A stretch of 24,000 bases of DNA from contig CALCST010000012.1 of assembly GCA_937894065.1 (NCBI GenBank), positions 12,508 to 36,507 of the forward strand. Direction: 5' to 3'. The stretch comes from an uncultured Parabacteroides sp. (lineage in GTDB: Bacteria; Bacteroidota; Bacteroidia; Bacteroidales; Tannerellaceae). This document shows, in pieces, positions 1 to 10,470 of the stretch. Under the pieces are notes generated by a model, which saw nothing but the letters and a program-made list of their open reading frames with translations, was not told where the DNA came from and made no database searches. Made by a program: the position numbers and the translations under genes. Position 1 is the stretch's first letter. Every line of letters starts with the position of its first letter.

Positions 1-52
1 TGATATATTTATTAAAGAGTAATATTTTTCCTGCAGTATTCTCTTTCTTGTT

Positions 53-622
53 TTATAATTCTATATCATCACTTGATACAATCCCGTTTATTATAGAATA
101 GAATGTAAGTCCGGATACGGTTTTTATTCCTAATTTACTGGTTATGTTTTTTCGGTGAGAAAGAACCGTATTCAGACTTATATTTAAGTTATCTGCAATT
201 TCTTTATTTGTATATCCTTTTACTATTTGCTGTAAAACATCTGTTTCTCTATTTGATAGGAATTTACTATTTTCAGAATCTGAGTTATTATTAAAACTTG
301 ATGCTAATATTGGCTGTAAAATATCAATAATAGATTCTATATTGGAATTTGTAGGTATAATATTACAATTTGATGTATGTTCATTATTTGAACAGATAAC
401 AAATGTTTTATTCCTTTTCAACAAAAAATAGTCAATGTTTGATGAAAATATTTCGCTATTGGTGAAATAAAAATCAAAAGAGTCTGTGGTCTTGGAGAAT
501 TTATGAAAAGATTCGAATTGCTCAATAAAAAAGTGAGGGAAAAAATCGTTTAATATACTCTGTAGTCCTATTCTTTGGAAACAATCAGGTATGATTATTG
601 CTATTTGTTTGTTTTTAGTCAT
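53..622 (-). CDS. LuxR/GerE-family transcriptional regulator with a receiver-like (probably pseudo-receiver) N-terminal domain
   Basis: The C-terminus has a GerE-type HTH (ETDVLQQIVKGYTNKEIADNLNISLNTVLSHRKNITSKLGI). The N-terminus resembles the receiver beta1 strand (IAIIIPDCF). By eye alignment to NarL, the acidic pair reads PD and the phospho-acceptor position reads N/T (FDFYFTN). The gene starts 9 bp downstream of the preceding gene on the same strand. Confidence 0.8.
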   Translation of the reverse strand: MTKNKQIAIIIPDCFQRIGLQSILNDFFPHFFIEQFESFHKFSKTTDSFDFYFTNSEIFSSNIDYFLLKRNKTFVICSNNEHTSNCNIIPTNSNIESIIDILQPILASSFNNNSDSENSKFLSNRETDVLQQIVKGYTNKEIADNLNISLNTVLSHRKNITSKLGIKTVSGLTFYSIINGIVSSDDIEL

Positions 623-631
623 ATAAACAAA

Positions 632-1342
632 TTATTTACATAAATTCTCCATTGCAGATACAATTGGAGAAAGGATACGATATCTTATCCTGTTGTGCTG
701 TTTTACATCTTTTTCAAGACTGTTGATTGCAAATATTACAGCATAACATAAGTTCTCATCATAATCTCCAGATATATGCTTTATCATAATGCTTTTTAAA
801 TCGGCAAGCAAAGCTTCAATTGAATCGTCATTAGCTTCTTCAGACTGAAGATAAAATCCTTTTTCAGAATCAATATGTCCGCTTTGTCTGATTTTGCCTG
901 ATAATTCAATGCAATATGGAAACCATCTTTCTTCATCATCCTGTATTCTGGCAATAAGTTCTTCTTTGAATGAAGAAAAGAAACGTCCGATAATAGATAT
1001 TGTCGGATTATCAGGTTTACTCATATGGATAAAAGAATCCAAATGACGTTCAATATTTGGAATTTGGTATTTTATGTAATAATGATTTGTCTTGTTCAGA
1101 TAGTCAATAATCTGAGATGTATGAAAACTTCTGAGTTTGCTTTCTGGGAAATACTCTTCATTTAGGAAAGTGTTGATTACGGCAAGAAAGAAATCCGTAT
1201 CAATATTATAATCATTACAAATTTCATAGACTGATTTATCGCCTAATCCAAGACGAATTCCCAGTCTGTTTAATACTGGAATAAGTGAGGGGTGTTCTTC
1301 AACCACCTCACTCATTTGTATATTTGGGTATATTAGTGCCAT
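632..1342 (-). CDS. Hemerythrin/RIC(ScdA)-like domain protein (divergent)
   Basis: The N-terminus (EEHPSLIPVLNRLGIRLGLGDKSVYEICNDYNID) resembles the ScdA_N-type domain. IIDYLNKTNHYYIKYQIPNIERHL resembles the first hemerythrin/RIC helix motif, and the C-terminal HNRIRYRILSP is a degenerate HxxxE-type motif. The track ORF extends to 1438 but overlaps the upstream gene, so I place the start at ATG 1342 (alternative 1315). Confidence 0.5.
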   Translation of the reverse strand: MALIYPNIQMSEVVEEHPSLIPVLNRLGIRLGLGDKSVYEICNDYNIDTDFFLAVINTFLNEEYFPESKLRSFHTSQIIDYLNKTNHYYIKYQIPNIERHLDSFIHMSKPDNPTISIIGRFFSSFKEELIARIQDDEERWFPYCIELSGKIRQSGHIDSEKGFYLQSEEANDDSIEALLADLKSIMIKHISGDYDENLCYAVIFAINSLEKDVKQHNRIRYRILSPIVSAMENLCK

Positions 1343-1352
1343 ATATTGTATA

Positions 1353-2309
1353 TTATGCTTCTTCCCATTGTTTGCGTAACAAATCAACTGCAGTTGTAAT
1401 TGCTGCAGCACGATCTGAACCCTGACAGCCACATTCAAAGCTTACATATTTATTATATCCGATAGCTTTTAAACCTTTGAAACCGTCAATGTAGTTATCA
1501 GCGTCGCCATCTTCACCAGGCATACTTCTTCTCTTTCTGCTGGCAACATGCACATGCTGCAAATATTTACCTGCAGAGATGAATGCACCCATATCTGATG
1601 TTTCTTCCCAAGTCATGTGCCAGAAGTCACCCATACATCTAACACCAGGATTGTTGATATCTCTACACAATGAAGCTGCATCTGCTACTTGACGAAGATA
1701 GAAACATTCTTTTCTGTTAAGTGGTTCAAATATTACAGATGTACCATGTTCTGCTGCGTAATTACCCATTTCATTGAATTGTTCGCACAAGAAGTCTCGT
1801 GTAGCCTGATCGTGTGGCATTACAGGTTTCTGTCCATTGAATGCAGGAACGATAATTACTCCCACAGAACCCAGCTCACCAGCAGCAGCAATGATTTCTT
1901 TCATTGTATCCATGCACTGTTTTCTGATTTTTGGATCTGTTGAAATAATAAATCCTTTGAATCCAGCGCAGATAGCACTCAGTTTAATATTTCTTCCATT
2001 CAATGCTTTTTTGAATTCATCAACACGCTGAGCGAGATTTCCTCCACCAGGTTCTATACCTACAATTCCCAGCTTTTCCATGAAGTCAAGCTTTTCATTC
2101 AAGCTTTCACCCGGAGCAACACCTTCTTGCAATGATAGATTCAATGCAGCCGAAGAAGAATATGGTATTCCTTCAAATTTTGTTTGAGTATTATTATTTT
2201 GCGCTGCTTGTTCTTGTTTGTTATTGCATGATGCAAAAACAGAACCGCCAGTAGCTAGAGCAGCACCTGAAATAGCTGTTTTTAGGAAATTTCTTCTATT
2301 GAGTTCCAT
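1353..2309 (-). CDS. Tat-exported lipoprotein, sugar phosphate isomerase/epimerase (xylose isomerase-like TIM barrel) family
   Basis: A twin-arginine motif (NRRNFLK) is followed by the lipobox FASC. The body matches the AP_endonuc_2/xylose-isomerase-like fold by eye (GIVGIEPGG, IFEPLNRKE, HVHVASR). Confidence 0.8.
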   Translation of the reverse strand: MELNRRNFLKTAISGAALATGGSVFASCNNKQEQAAQNNNTQTKFEGIPYSSSAALNLSLQEGVAPGESLNEKLDFMEKLGIVGIEPGGGNLAQRVDEFKKALNGRNIKLSAICAGFKGFIISTDPKIRKQCMDTMKEIIAAAGELGSVGVIIVPAFNGQKPVMPHDQATRDFLCEQFNEMGNYAAEHGTSVIFEPLNRKECFYLRQVADAASLCRDINNPGVRCMGDFWHMTWEETSDMGAFISAGKYLQHVHVASRKRRSMPGEDGDADNYIDGFKGLKAIGYNKYVSFECGCQGSDRAAAITTAVDLLRKQWEEA

Positions 2310-2330
2310 AGTGATAGAGTTATTAAATTT

Positions 2331-2377
2331 AAAGAGTTTTTATCCTCAAAATATATGTATGGGGATAAAAACTCTTT
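2331..2377. other. Intra-operon hairpin with a 15-bp perfect stem
   Basis: AAAGAGTTTTTATCC (2331-2345) pairs with GGATAAAAACTCTTT (2363-2377) across a 17-nt loop. It lies in the 87-bp gap between the dehydrogenase and TIM-barrel genes. No U-run follows on the minus-strand transcript. Confidence 0.5.
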
Positions 2378-2396
2378 ATTATGTTATAAGATTTAC

Positions 2397-3782
2397 TTAT
2401 TTTTTATCGATAGGTTTACCTGGAACAGGAACAGTGAATGAGCTCATATCCATTTTACCCAAATTCAAATCTTTTGGAGTATAATCAAGTGGAGAAGCTG
2501 TCATTGCATCCCAAGTTGTTTCGCTACCAGTGTAAGCAGATTCACGTCCCATGATAGCAGCCATATTTGCTACAGCTGTTTCAGTTGCCTGCTGGATAGG
2601 TTTCTTGCTACGGATGCAGTTAATCCAGTTTACATGTTCCAATGTATATGGGTCAACTTGTTTGTATTTAGCTTTCTCAGCATCATGATCATATTTCCAA
2701 ACAACATTACCAGCCAAATCTTTGATTTCCATTGTAGCACTGTTCCATGAACCTTTAGTACCCTGGATAAATTCGCTTACGTTGTTTGCGCAACCATCAA
2801 TCTGACGGCACATACTATGCAAATGAATACCATTTTCCATAGTGAAGTCTACGCTGAAGTTATCATACTGGTCTCCAGTAAGACGACGCTGACGAGAACC
2901 GAAACCAACAGCTTTCACAGGTTTCAAACCACTGAACCATGTAAATACGTCGATATTGTGAACGTGCTGTTCTACGATATGGTCACCAGACAACCATTTC
3001 CAGTTAACCCAGTCTTTAATCATCCATTCGCAGTCGCTCCAGCCCTGCTGACGTTCGCGATACCACAACATACTCTGGTTCCAATAAACGATACCGCCAG
3101 TGATTTCACCGATCATACCTTCCATAATTTTCTTGTATGATTCGATGTAGCTACGCTGGTGGTGACGCTGAGTACCAGTAACAACAGACAAACCTTTAGC
3201 TTCTGCCTGTTTAGCTGTAGCCATGATTGTACGATAACCTGCTGGGTCTACACAGATAGGTTTTTCCAAGAATGAATGTTTACCTTTTTCAGTTGCATAC
3301 TGGAAATGTATAGGACGGAAAACAGGAGGAGTTGCAATGATAACAACATCAACACCACTGTCAATTAACTGTTTGTAAGCTTCCAAACCAACAAAACGTT
3401 TGTCAGCAGGAATATCTATATTTTTTTCTTTCTTCAATTTGTCAGCCAAAGCATCAACTCTTTCCTGGAATGTGTCAGCAAGCGCTGTAATTGTTACACC
3501 ATTTGCAGCATTAAGGAAGTTGAAAGCAGCACCTGAACCACGGCCACCACAACCGATTACACCAGCCTTAAGTTCCTGTCCGTCGCTTGCCAAATCAGGC
3601 AATTCTGGAGCATAATAACTACCTGGTTCTTTCAAAGGTTTGTTAGCACTACTACCTTCTGCAGATCCGCCACCGCAAGATGTTAATACACTTGCTGTAC
3701 CTGTACCCATAGCTCCAAGAGCTCCTGCCATTACTGAACTTTTCAGAAATGATCTTCTACTAATTCCGTTTTCTTTTTTCAT
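2397..3782 (-). CDS. Tat-exported Gfo/Idh/MocA-family NAD(P)-dependent oxidoreductase (periplasmic sugar/glycoside dehydrogenase-like)
   Basis: A twin-arginine signal (SRRSFLKSSVMAGALGAMG ... LTSC) precedes a Rossmann GxGxxG motif (GVIGCGGRGSGAA). The core EKP motif (FLEKPICVD) is typical of Gfo/Idh/MocA enzymes. Confidence 0.85.
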   Translation of the reverse strand: MKKENGISRRSFLKSSVMAGALGAMGTGTASVLTSCGGGSAEGSSANKPLKEPGSYYAPELPDLASDGQELKAGVIGCGGRGSGAAFNFLNAANGVTITALADTFQERVDALADKLKKEKNIDIPADKRFVGLEAYKQLIDSGVDVVIIATPPVFRPIHFQYATEKGKHSFLEKPICVDPAGYRTIMATAKQAEAKGLSVVTGTQRHHQRSYIESYKKIMEGMIGEITGGIVYWNQSMLWYRERQQGWSDCEWMIKDWVNWKWLSGDHIVEQHVHNIDVFTWFSGLKPVKAVGFGSRQRRLTGDQYDNFSVDFTMENGIHLHSMCRQIDGCANNVSEFIQGTKGSWNSATMEIKDLAGNVVWKYDHDAEKAKYKQVDPYTLEHVNWINCIRSKKPIQQATETAVANMAAIMGRESAYTGSETTWDAMTASPLDYTPKDLNLGKMDMSSFTVPVPGKPIDKK

Positions 3783-3811
3783 GATATAAATATTAAAGCT
3801 TTCTGTATTGT

Positions 3812-5380
3812 TTATTTGTTATTGTATTCACAAACTACTCGGAAGCCAATTCCTTTGATGTCTGAATACCACCAAATACTTTTTGGCTGCTGAGGATCTG
3901 TCTTAAGCCACAAATCATGCTGAGTACATCCTCGAGATGCACATCTTACATCTGCTGCATCAGATGTATAGTTACCTCCTCTGACTACCCATTCTGTACC
4001 TTCTGTTACCAATGGATTTGTCACATTGTCGCCACTCTTCTTATATGCTTCAGGGTCGTATTTATCAGCGCAATATTCCAATACGTTACCCAGCATATTT
4101 TTCAGACCGAATGGATTTGCTTTTACAGTTTCCGGATCCTGTGTCTTATTCTGGCTGTTTTTAGCATAAATTACATATGAACTTATGCTGTCAGTTTTAG
4201 CTGCAAAGAATTTTCTCCAGAAACCTTGGTCTGAGAAATCAGAAGGATCACCACTGAAGAAGTATGGAGTTTCGCTGCCGCCTCTGGCTGCATATTCCCA
4301 TTCAGCTTCTGTTGGGAGTCTATATTTCTTACCAGTCTTTTTAGACAACCATTGACAGAATGTTTCTGCAGCATAATGAGTCATAGTAATAGCTGGTCTG
4401 TTTCCGCCGCCCCAACCTTGATCCGGGAATCCGAATGGAGGAGTAGGTCCTGAAATAGCATCAACATTAGGATCACTGTTGTTTGCATAAACAGTTTCAG
4501 GCGGAGTTCTACCTTCACTCATTGTATTTCCATAGAATGCCCAATACTGATCCCAAGTAACTTCCAGCTCTGCCATGAAGAACTGGTCAACAGTAACTGT
4601 ACGAACAGGGCTTTCATCATCCTTATGGAAATCTTCACTTTCAGGGCTACCCATTTTAAATGTTCCGCCAGGAATAGCTTTCATATTGAAAGAAACCGCT
4701 GTTCCTGGAATTTGTTCTGTATAGTCTTCGAATGAAGTTACAGTTGTTGCTTCTTTGAAGAATTTACTTGTGTCAACTGCAGCAGCAGCTTCCAATCCCG
4801 GAATACCACTCATTTTTGAATGATTATAATTAGGATTGTAATGTCCGGCGTCAAGGTGACAGCTTATACATTGCAAATCTAATTTCTTTTCATTCTCATC
4901 ATAATATAGATGGGCTGTGATTCCATCATTTGTTATTCCTTCTGGGAACAGATTCTGATGACATTCTTTACAAGATTCGTTAGGAATATATTTTATGGCA
5001 TGTTCCAGCTCAGATTTTTGTTCCCAGTTAAAGTCTGCACTGTCCTTTGTCAGATAAGACCAAGCATCAGTAAGACCAAGTTTTAATTTCGCAGAATAAT
5101 GATCCCAAGTCTGGCTCTGAGGCGGAAGATGGCAGTCAACGCAATGCGTCAATACTCCACTACCATTATTGACATGCTTTGATAATTTCCAGCTGTCATA
5201 TACATGCGGGTGTACGTGGCACATCATACAAGATTCATCACTTGAGAAATATACAGATGTCTTATATGCTCCTATCATTACACCAGCACCAAGCACAATA
5301 CCTATGCCGAGTATGAATTTTTTAGAAGAAAAAAAGTTGTTTTTTTTCTTTATGTTTTCAAAGTTGTTATTTGTAGTCAT
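3812..5380 (-). CDS. Membrane-anchored NapC/NirT-like tetrahaem cytochrome c fused to an FGE-sulfatase (SUMF1/EgtB/PvdO-like) domain
   Basis: There is one N-terminal TM helix (FILGIGIVLGAGVMIGA) and four CxxCH haem motifs (CMMCH, CVDCH, CKECH, CISCH). The C-terminal half carries FGE-family motifs (RLPTEAEWEYAARGG, GLKNMLGNVLEYC, VVRGGNY, GFRVV). The track start at 5386 is TTG, so ATG 5380 is preferred. Confidence 0.8.
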   Translation of the reverse strand: MTTNNNFENIKKKNNFFSSKKFILGIGIVLGAGVMIGAYKTSVYFSSDESCMMCHVHPHVYDSWKLSKHVNNGSGVLTHCVDCHLPPQSQTWDHYSAKLKLGLTDAWSYLTKDSADFNWEQKSELEHAIKYIPNESCKECHQNLFPEGITNDGITAHLYYDENEKKLDLQCISCHLDAGHYNPNYNHSKMSGIPGLEAAAAVDTSKFFKEATTVTSFEDYTEQIPGTAVSFNMKAIPGGTFKMGSPESEDFHKDDESPVRTVTVDQFFMAELEVTWDQYWAFYGNTMSEGRTPPETVYANNSDPNVDAISGPTPPFGFPDQGWGGGNRPAITMTHYAAETFCQWLSKKTGKKYRLPTEAEWEYAARGGSETPYFFSGDPSDFSDQGFWRKFFAAKTDSISSYVIYAKNSQNKTQDPETVKANPFGLKNMLGNVLEYCADKYDPEAYKKSGDNVTNPLVTEGTEWVVRGGNYTSDAADVRCASRGCTQHDLWLKTDPQQPKSIWWYSDIKGIGFRVVCEYNNK

Positions 5381-5416
5381 GCACAAATGTAATTTTTATG
5401 GTATTTCATGTTAGCA

Positions 5417-5477
5417 AAAATCGGGAATAAAAATACTAATTTCCAAATAAAGGAAAAAAGATTTTATCCCCGATTTT
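5417..5477 (-). terminator. Candidate terminator or processing hairpin after the GH2 gene
   Basis: On the minus strand, AAAATCGGGGATAAAA is followed by a 29-nt loop and then TTTTATTCCCGATTTTT. This gives a 16-bp stem with one G-U pair that ends in a U-run. The long loop makes it atypical. Confidence 0.4.
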
Positions 5478-5511
5478 CTAAAAGTAGTTATAATTTAACT
5501 TTTTTAACCAA

Positions 5512-8655
<3,144 letters not shown>

Positions 8656-8663
8656 TTACTTAG

Positions 8664-8671
8664 CAAATATA
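8664..8671 (-). promoter_or_regulatory. Bacteroidota -7 promoter box (TATATTTG) upstream of the GH2 gene
   Basis: The plus strand reads CAAATATA, which is TATATTTG on the minus strand and matches TAnnTTTG. It lies 36 bp upstream of the ATG at 8628. Confidence 0.4.
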
Positions 8672-8765
8672 CGCTATACATTTTTATAAAAGAAAAAAAC
8701 AATAAAAAAAGTTCAAAAAAAGGATTGGTATATTCCGTTGTTATAAAAAACTGAAAATATCATAG

Positions 8766-9533
8766 TTAACATATTATACCAAGGTCTTTTGCAACTCTGC
8801 ACGCTTCAATAGAGTTTTTTACTTTTAGTTTGCCTAAGATTTCTTGTCGGTGTCTGCTCACGGTGTTTATGCTTATAGATAAATATTCAGCAATATTTTT
8901 GCTCATCAAACCTTTATCTATAAGTTTCAATATTTGTATTTCCCTTTCAGATAAAATTTTCGGGCATTTTCTTTTCCCCATTTCTGTTATATCTCCCGTT
9001 GCTGAATTAACCAAAATACTATTATATGGAATGTCTGATATTAGAGGGTAATATAAACACAGAGCTAGCCATAAACTGTTGTCAACCGGAGATGAAACAT
9101 AAAATATCCTATGTACAACAGGTATGAAATTCCCGTTTTTATCTCTCATCCTTAATTTATTTATAAGATAATAATCGGGACGCTTTCTTTTAGGAAGGTG
9201 TCTTATGAAATGGAAGAATCTTAACTCTTGCAGATATTTATTGTATAAATCTTCGGGGAAAATAAGATCTAGTATTTCTTTTTCCCAAATAGAATCGATT
9301 CTGTTTCCTTCACCGGGAATACTCTTTAATCCTAATGTGCTTGAAAAATTACCGTGATATATATAGCTTTTGTTTGATTGCATGTCGCTCAATACGGAAA
9401 TGGAATTTTCTATTTCCGAATAACCTTTTGCTATTGTTTTATATTTATCCAGTTCTTTGTTATATATAACTTTCTCAAAAGAAGAAAAACTTTGTTGAGA
9501 TAGCTCATCATTCAATTTGTCCGCTATATCCAT
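8766..9533 (-). CDS. LuxR/GerE-family regulator with a PAS-like N-terminal sensor domain
   Basis: The C-terminal HTH is SEREIQILKLIDKGLMSKNIAEYLSISINTVSRHRQEILGKLKV. The N-terminus has PAS-like signatures (IFPEDLYNKY, RMRDKNGNFIPVVHRIFYV). Confidence 0.75.
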   Translation of the reverse strand: MDIADKLNDELSQQSFSSFEKVIYNKELDKYKTIAKGYSEIENSISVLSDMQSNKSYIYHGNFSSTLGLKSIPGEGNRIDSIWEKEILDLIFPEDLYNKYLQELRFFHFIRHLPKRKRPDYYLINKLRMRDKNGNFIPVVHRIFYVSSPVDNSLWLALCLYYPLISDIPYNSILVNSATGDITEMGKRKCPKILSEREIQILKLIDKGLMSKNIAEYLSISINTVSRHRQEILGKLKVKNSIEACRVAKDLGIIC

Positions 9534-9578
9534 GCAAATTGGTTATTTATAATTATTGTGCTTATTGTTTTAACAATC

Positions 9579-9594
9579 TACATTTGCAAAAGTA
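9579..9594. promoter_or_regulatory. Two abutting -7 boxes forming a near-palindrome, TACATTTG|CAAAAGTA
   Basis: TACATTTG (9579-9586, plus) lies 28 bp upstream of the acetyltransferase ATG. CAAAAGTA (9587-9594), which is TACTTTTG on the minus strand, lies 54 bp upstream of the LuxR ATG at 9533. Both match TAnnTTTG. Confidence 0.4.
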
Positions 9595-9613
9595 ATGAAA
9601 AACGTAATCAAGA

Positions 9614-10171
9614 ATGGAAACTGAAAAAGAAAAGTGTCATAGAGGTTTACTTTATGATGCCAATAATGATAAAGAGCTATTGGCTGAACGACAAGTTTGT
9701 AAGGATATTTGTTATGAATATAATCAGCTCCATCCGTCAGAACTGGAAAAAAGAGAAGAAATAATAAAACATTTGTTTGGAAAAACAGGAGATAAGTTTT
9801 TGATTGAACAGCCTTTTTATTGTGATTATGGCTATAATATAGAAATTGGTGAAAATTTCTATGCCAATGTCAATTGTGTGATACTTGACGGTGCAAAAGT
9901 CCGTTTTGGTGATAATGTTTTTGTTGCGCCAAATTGTGGATTCTACACCGCAGGACATCCTTTTGATGTTAAGCAGAGAAATGACGGGTTGGAATATGCC
10001 TATCCGATTACTATAGGAAATAATGTATGGATTGGAGCTCAGGTGTGTGTATTGCCCGGAGTTACAATAGGCGATAATTGTGTTATTGGGGCCGGAAGTG
10101 TTGTTACTAAAGATATTCCAACAAATTCGCTGGCTGTTGGAAATCCTTGTAAGGTTATAAGGAAAATATAG
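9614..10171 (+). CDS. maa: Maltose/galactoside O-acetyltransferase (Maa/LacA family, hexapeptide repeat)
   Basis: By eye the protein is collinear along its whole length with E. coli Maa. Matching segments include the N-terminal GLLYDANNDKELLAERQ..YN, CDYGYNIEIGENFYANVNCVILD, and the C-terminal hexapeptide repeats IGNNVWIGAQVCVLPGVTIGDNCVIGAGSVV. Confidence 0.8.
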   Translation: METEKEKCHRGLLYDANNDKELLAERQVCKDICYEYNQLHPSELEKREEIIKHLFGKTGDKFLIEQPFYCDYGYNIEIGENFYANVNCVILDGAKVRFGDNVFVAPNCGFYTAGHPFDVKQRNDGLEYAYPITIGNNVWIGAQVCVLPGVTIGDNCVIGAGSVVTKDIPTNSLAVGNPCKVIRKI

Positions 10172-10194
10172 AAAAGATGTCAATCAAAATATCG

Positions 10195-10282
10195 GCTCAC
10201 CTAGGTGGTTCAATCAGCTCACCTAGGTGGATTGATTAACTCACCTAGGTGAATCAATTGGCTCACCTAGGTGAATCGGTTT
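10195..10282. repeat. Four tandem 22-bp units, each carrying the perfect 10-bp palindrome CACCTAGGTG
   Basis: CACCTAGGTG occurs at 10198, 10220, 10242 and 10264, an exact 22-bp phase. Each copy is preceded by (G/A)CT. The 12-bp spacers carry an AATCAAT/ATTGATT motif in alternating orientation. The array starts 24 bp after the maa stop codon. Confidence 0.9.
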
Positions 10283-10470
10283 TGAGATGCCTATCATGTG
10301 ATATTTTTAATAAGAAAAAGAGATATTTTTATAGTTATAATCTCAGGGTTTATTGGAATATATGATATTCTCGGGTTATAAACTTCCTGATGTTATATAT
10401 TATATAATGTAACTTCCGGTAATTTCGGTTTGAAAACTAAAATAATGTTTAATATAAAACTGTTGTGGAA

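Noticed and set aside
632-1438. Full-length 268-aa version of the hemerythrin-like ORF
   Set aside because: Its first 32 codons overlap the 3' end of the upstream TIM-barrel gene (stop at 1353) and encode low-complexity QLQLQL sequence. ATG 1342 gives a 10-bp intergenic gap and a sensible N-terminus.
1689-3615. Plus-strand ORFs 1689-1943, 1837-2031, 2218-2484, 2817-3140 and 3400-3615
   Set aside because: All are antisense to the well-supported TIM-barrel and Gfo/Idh/MocA genes, are low-complexity, and have no motifs. They are typical shadow ORFs.
5384-5391. TACATTTG -7-like box (minus strand) just upstream of the cytochrome-FGE gene
   Set aside because: It lies only 4 bp from ATG 5380 and overlaps the alternative TTG start. 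That would imply a leaderless transcript. It is more likely a chance match in AT-rich DNA, so it is not annotated as a promoter.
10195-10282. Possible CRISPR array, given regularly spaced identical repeats
   Set aside because: The repeat core is only 10-13 bp and the spacers are 9-12 bp and related to each other. There are only four units, and no cas genes or leader are present. It is reported instead as a palindromic operator- or iteron-like array.
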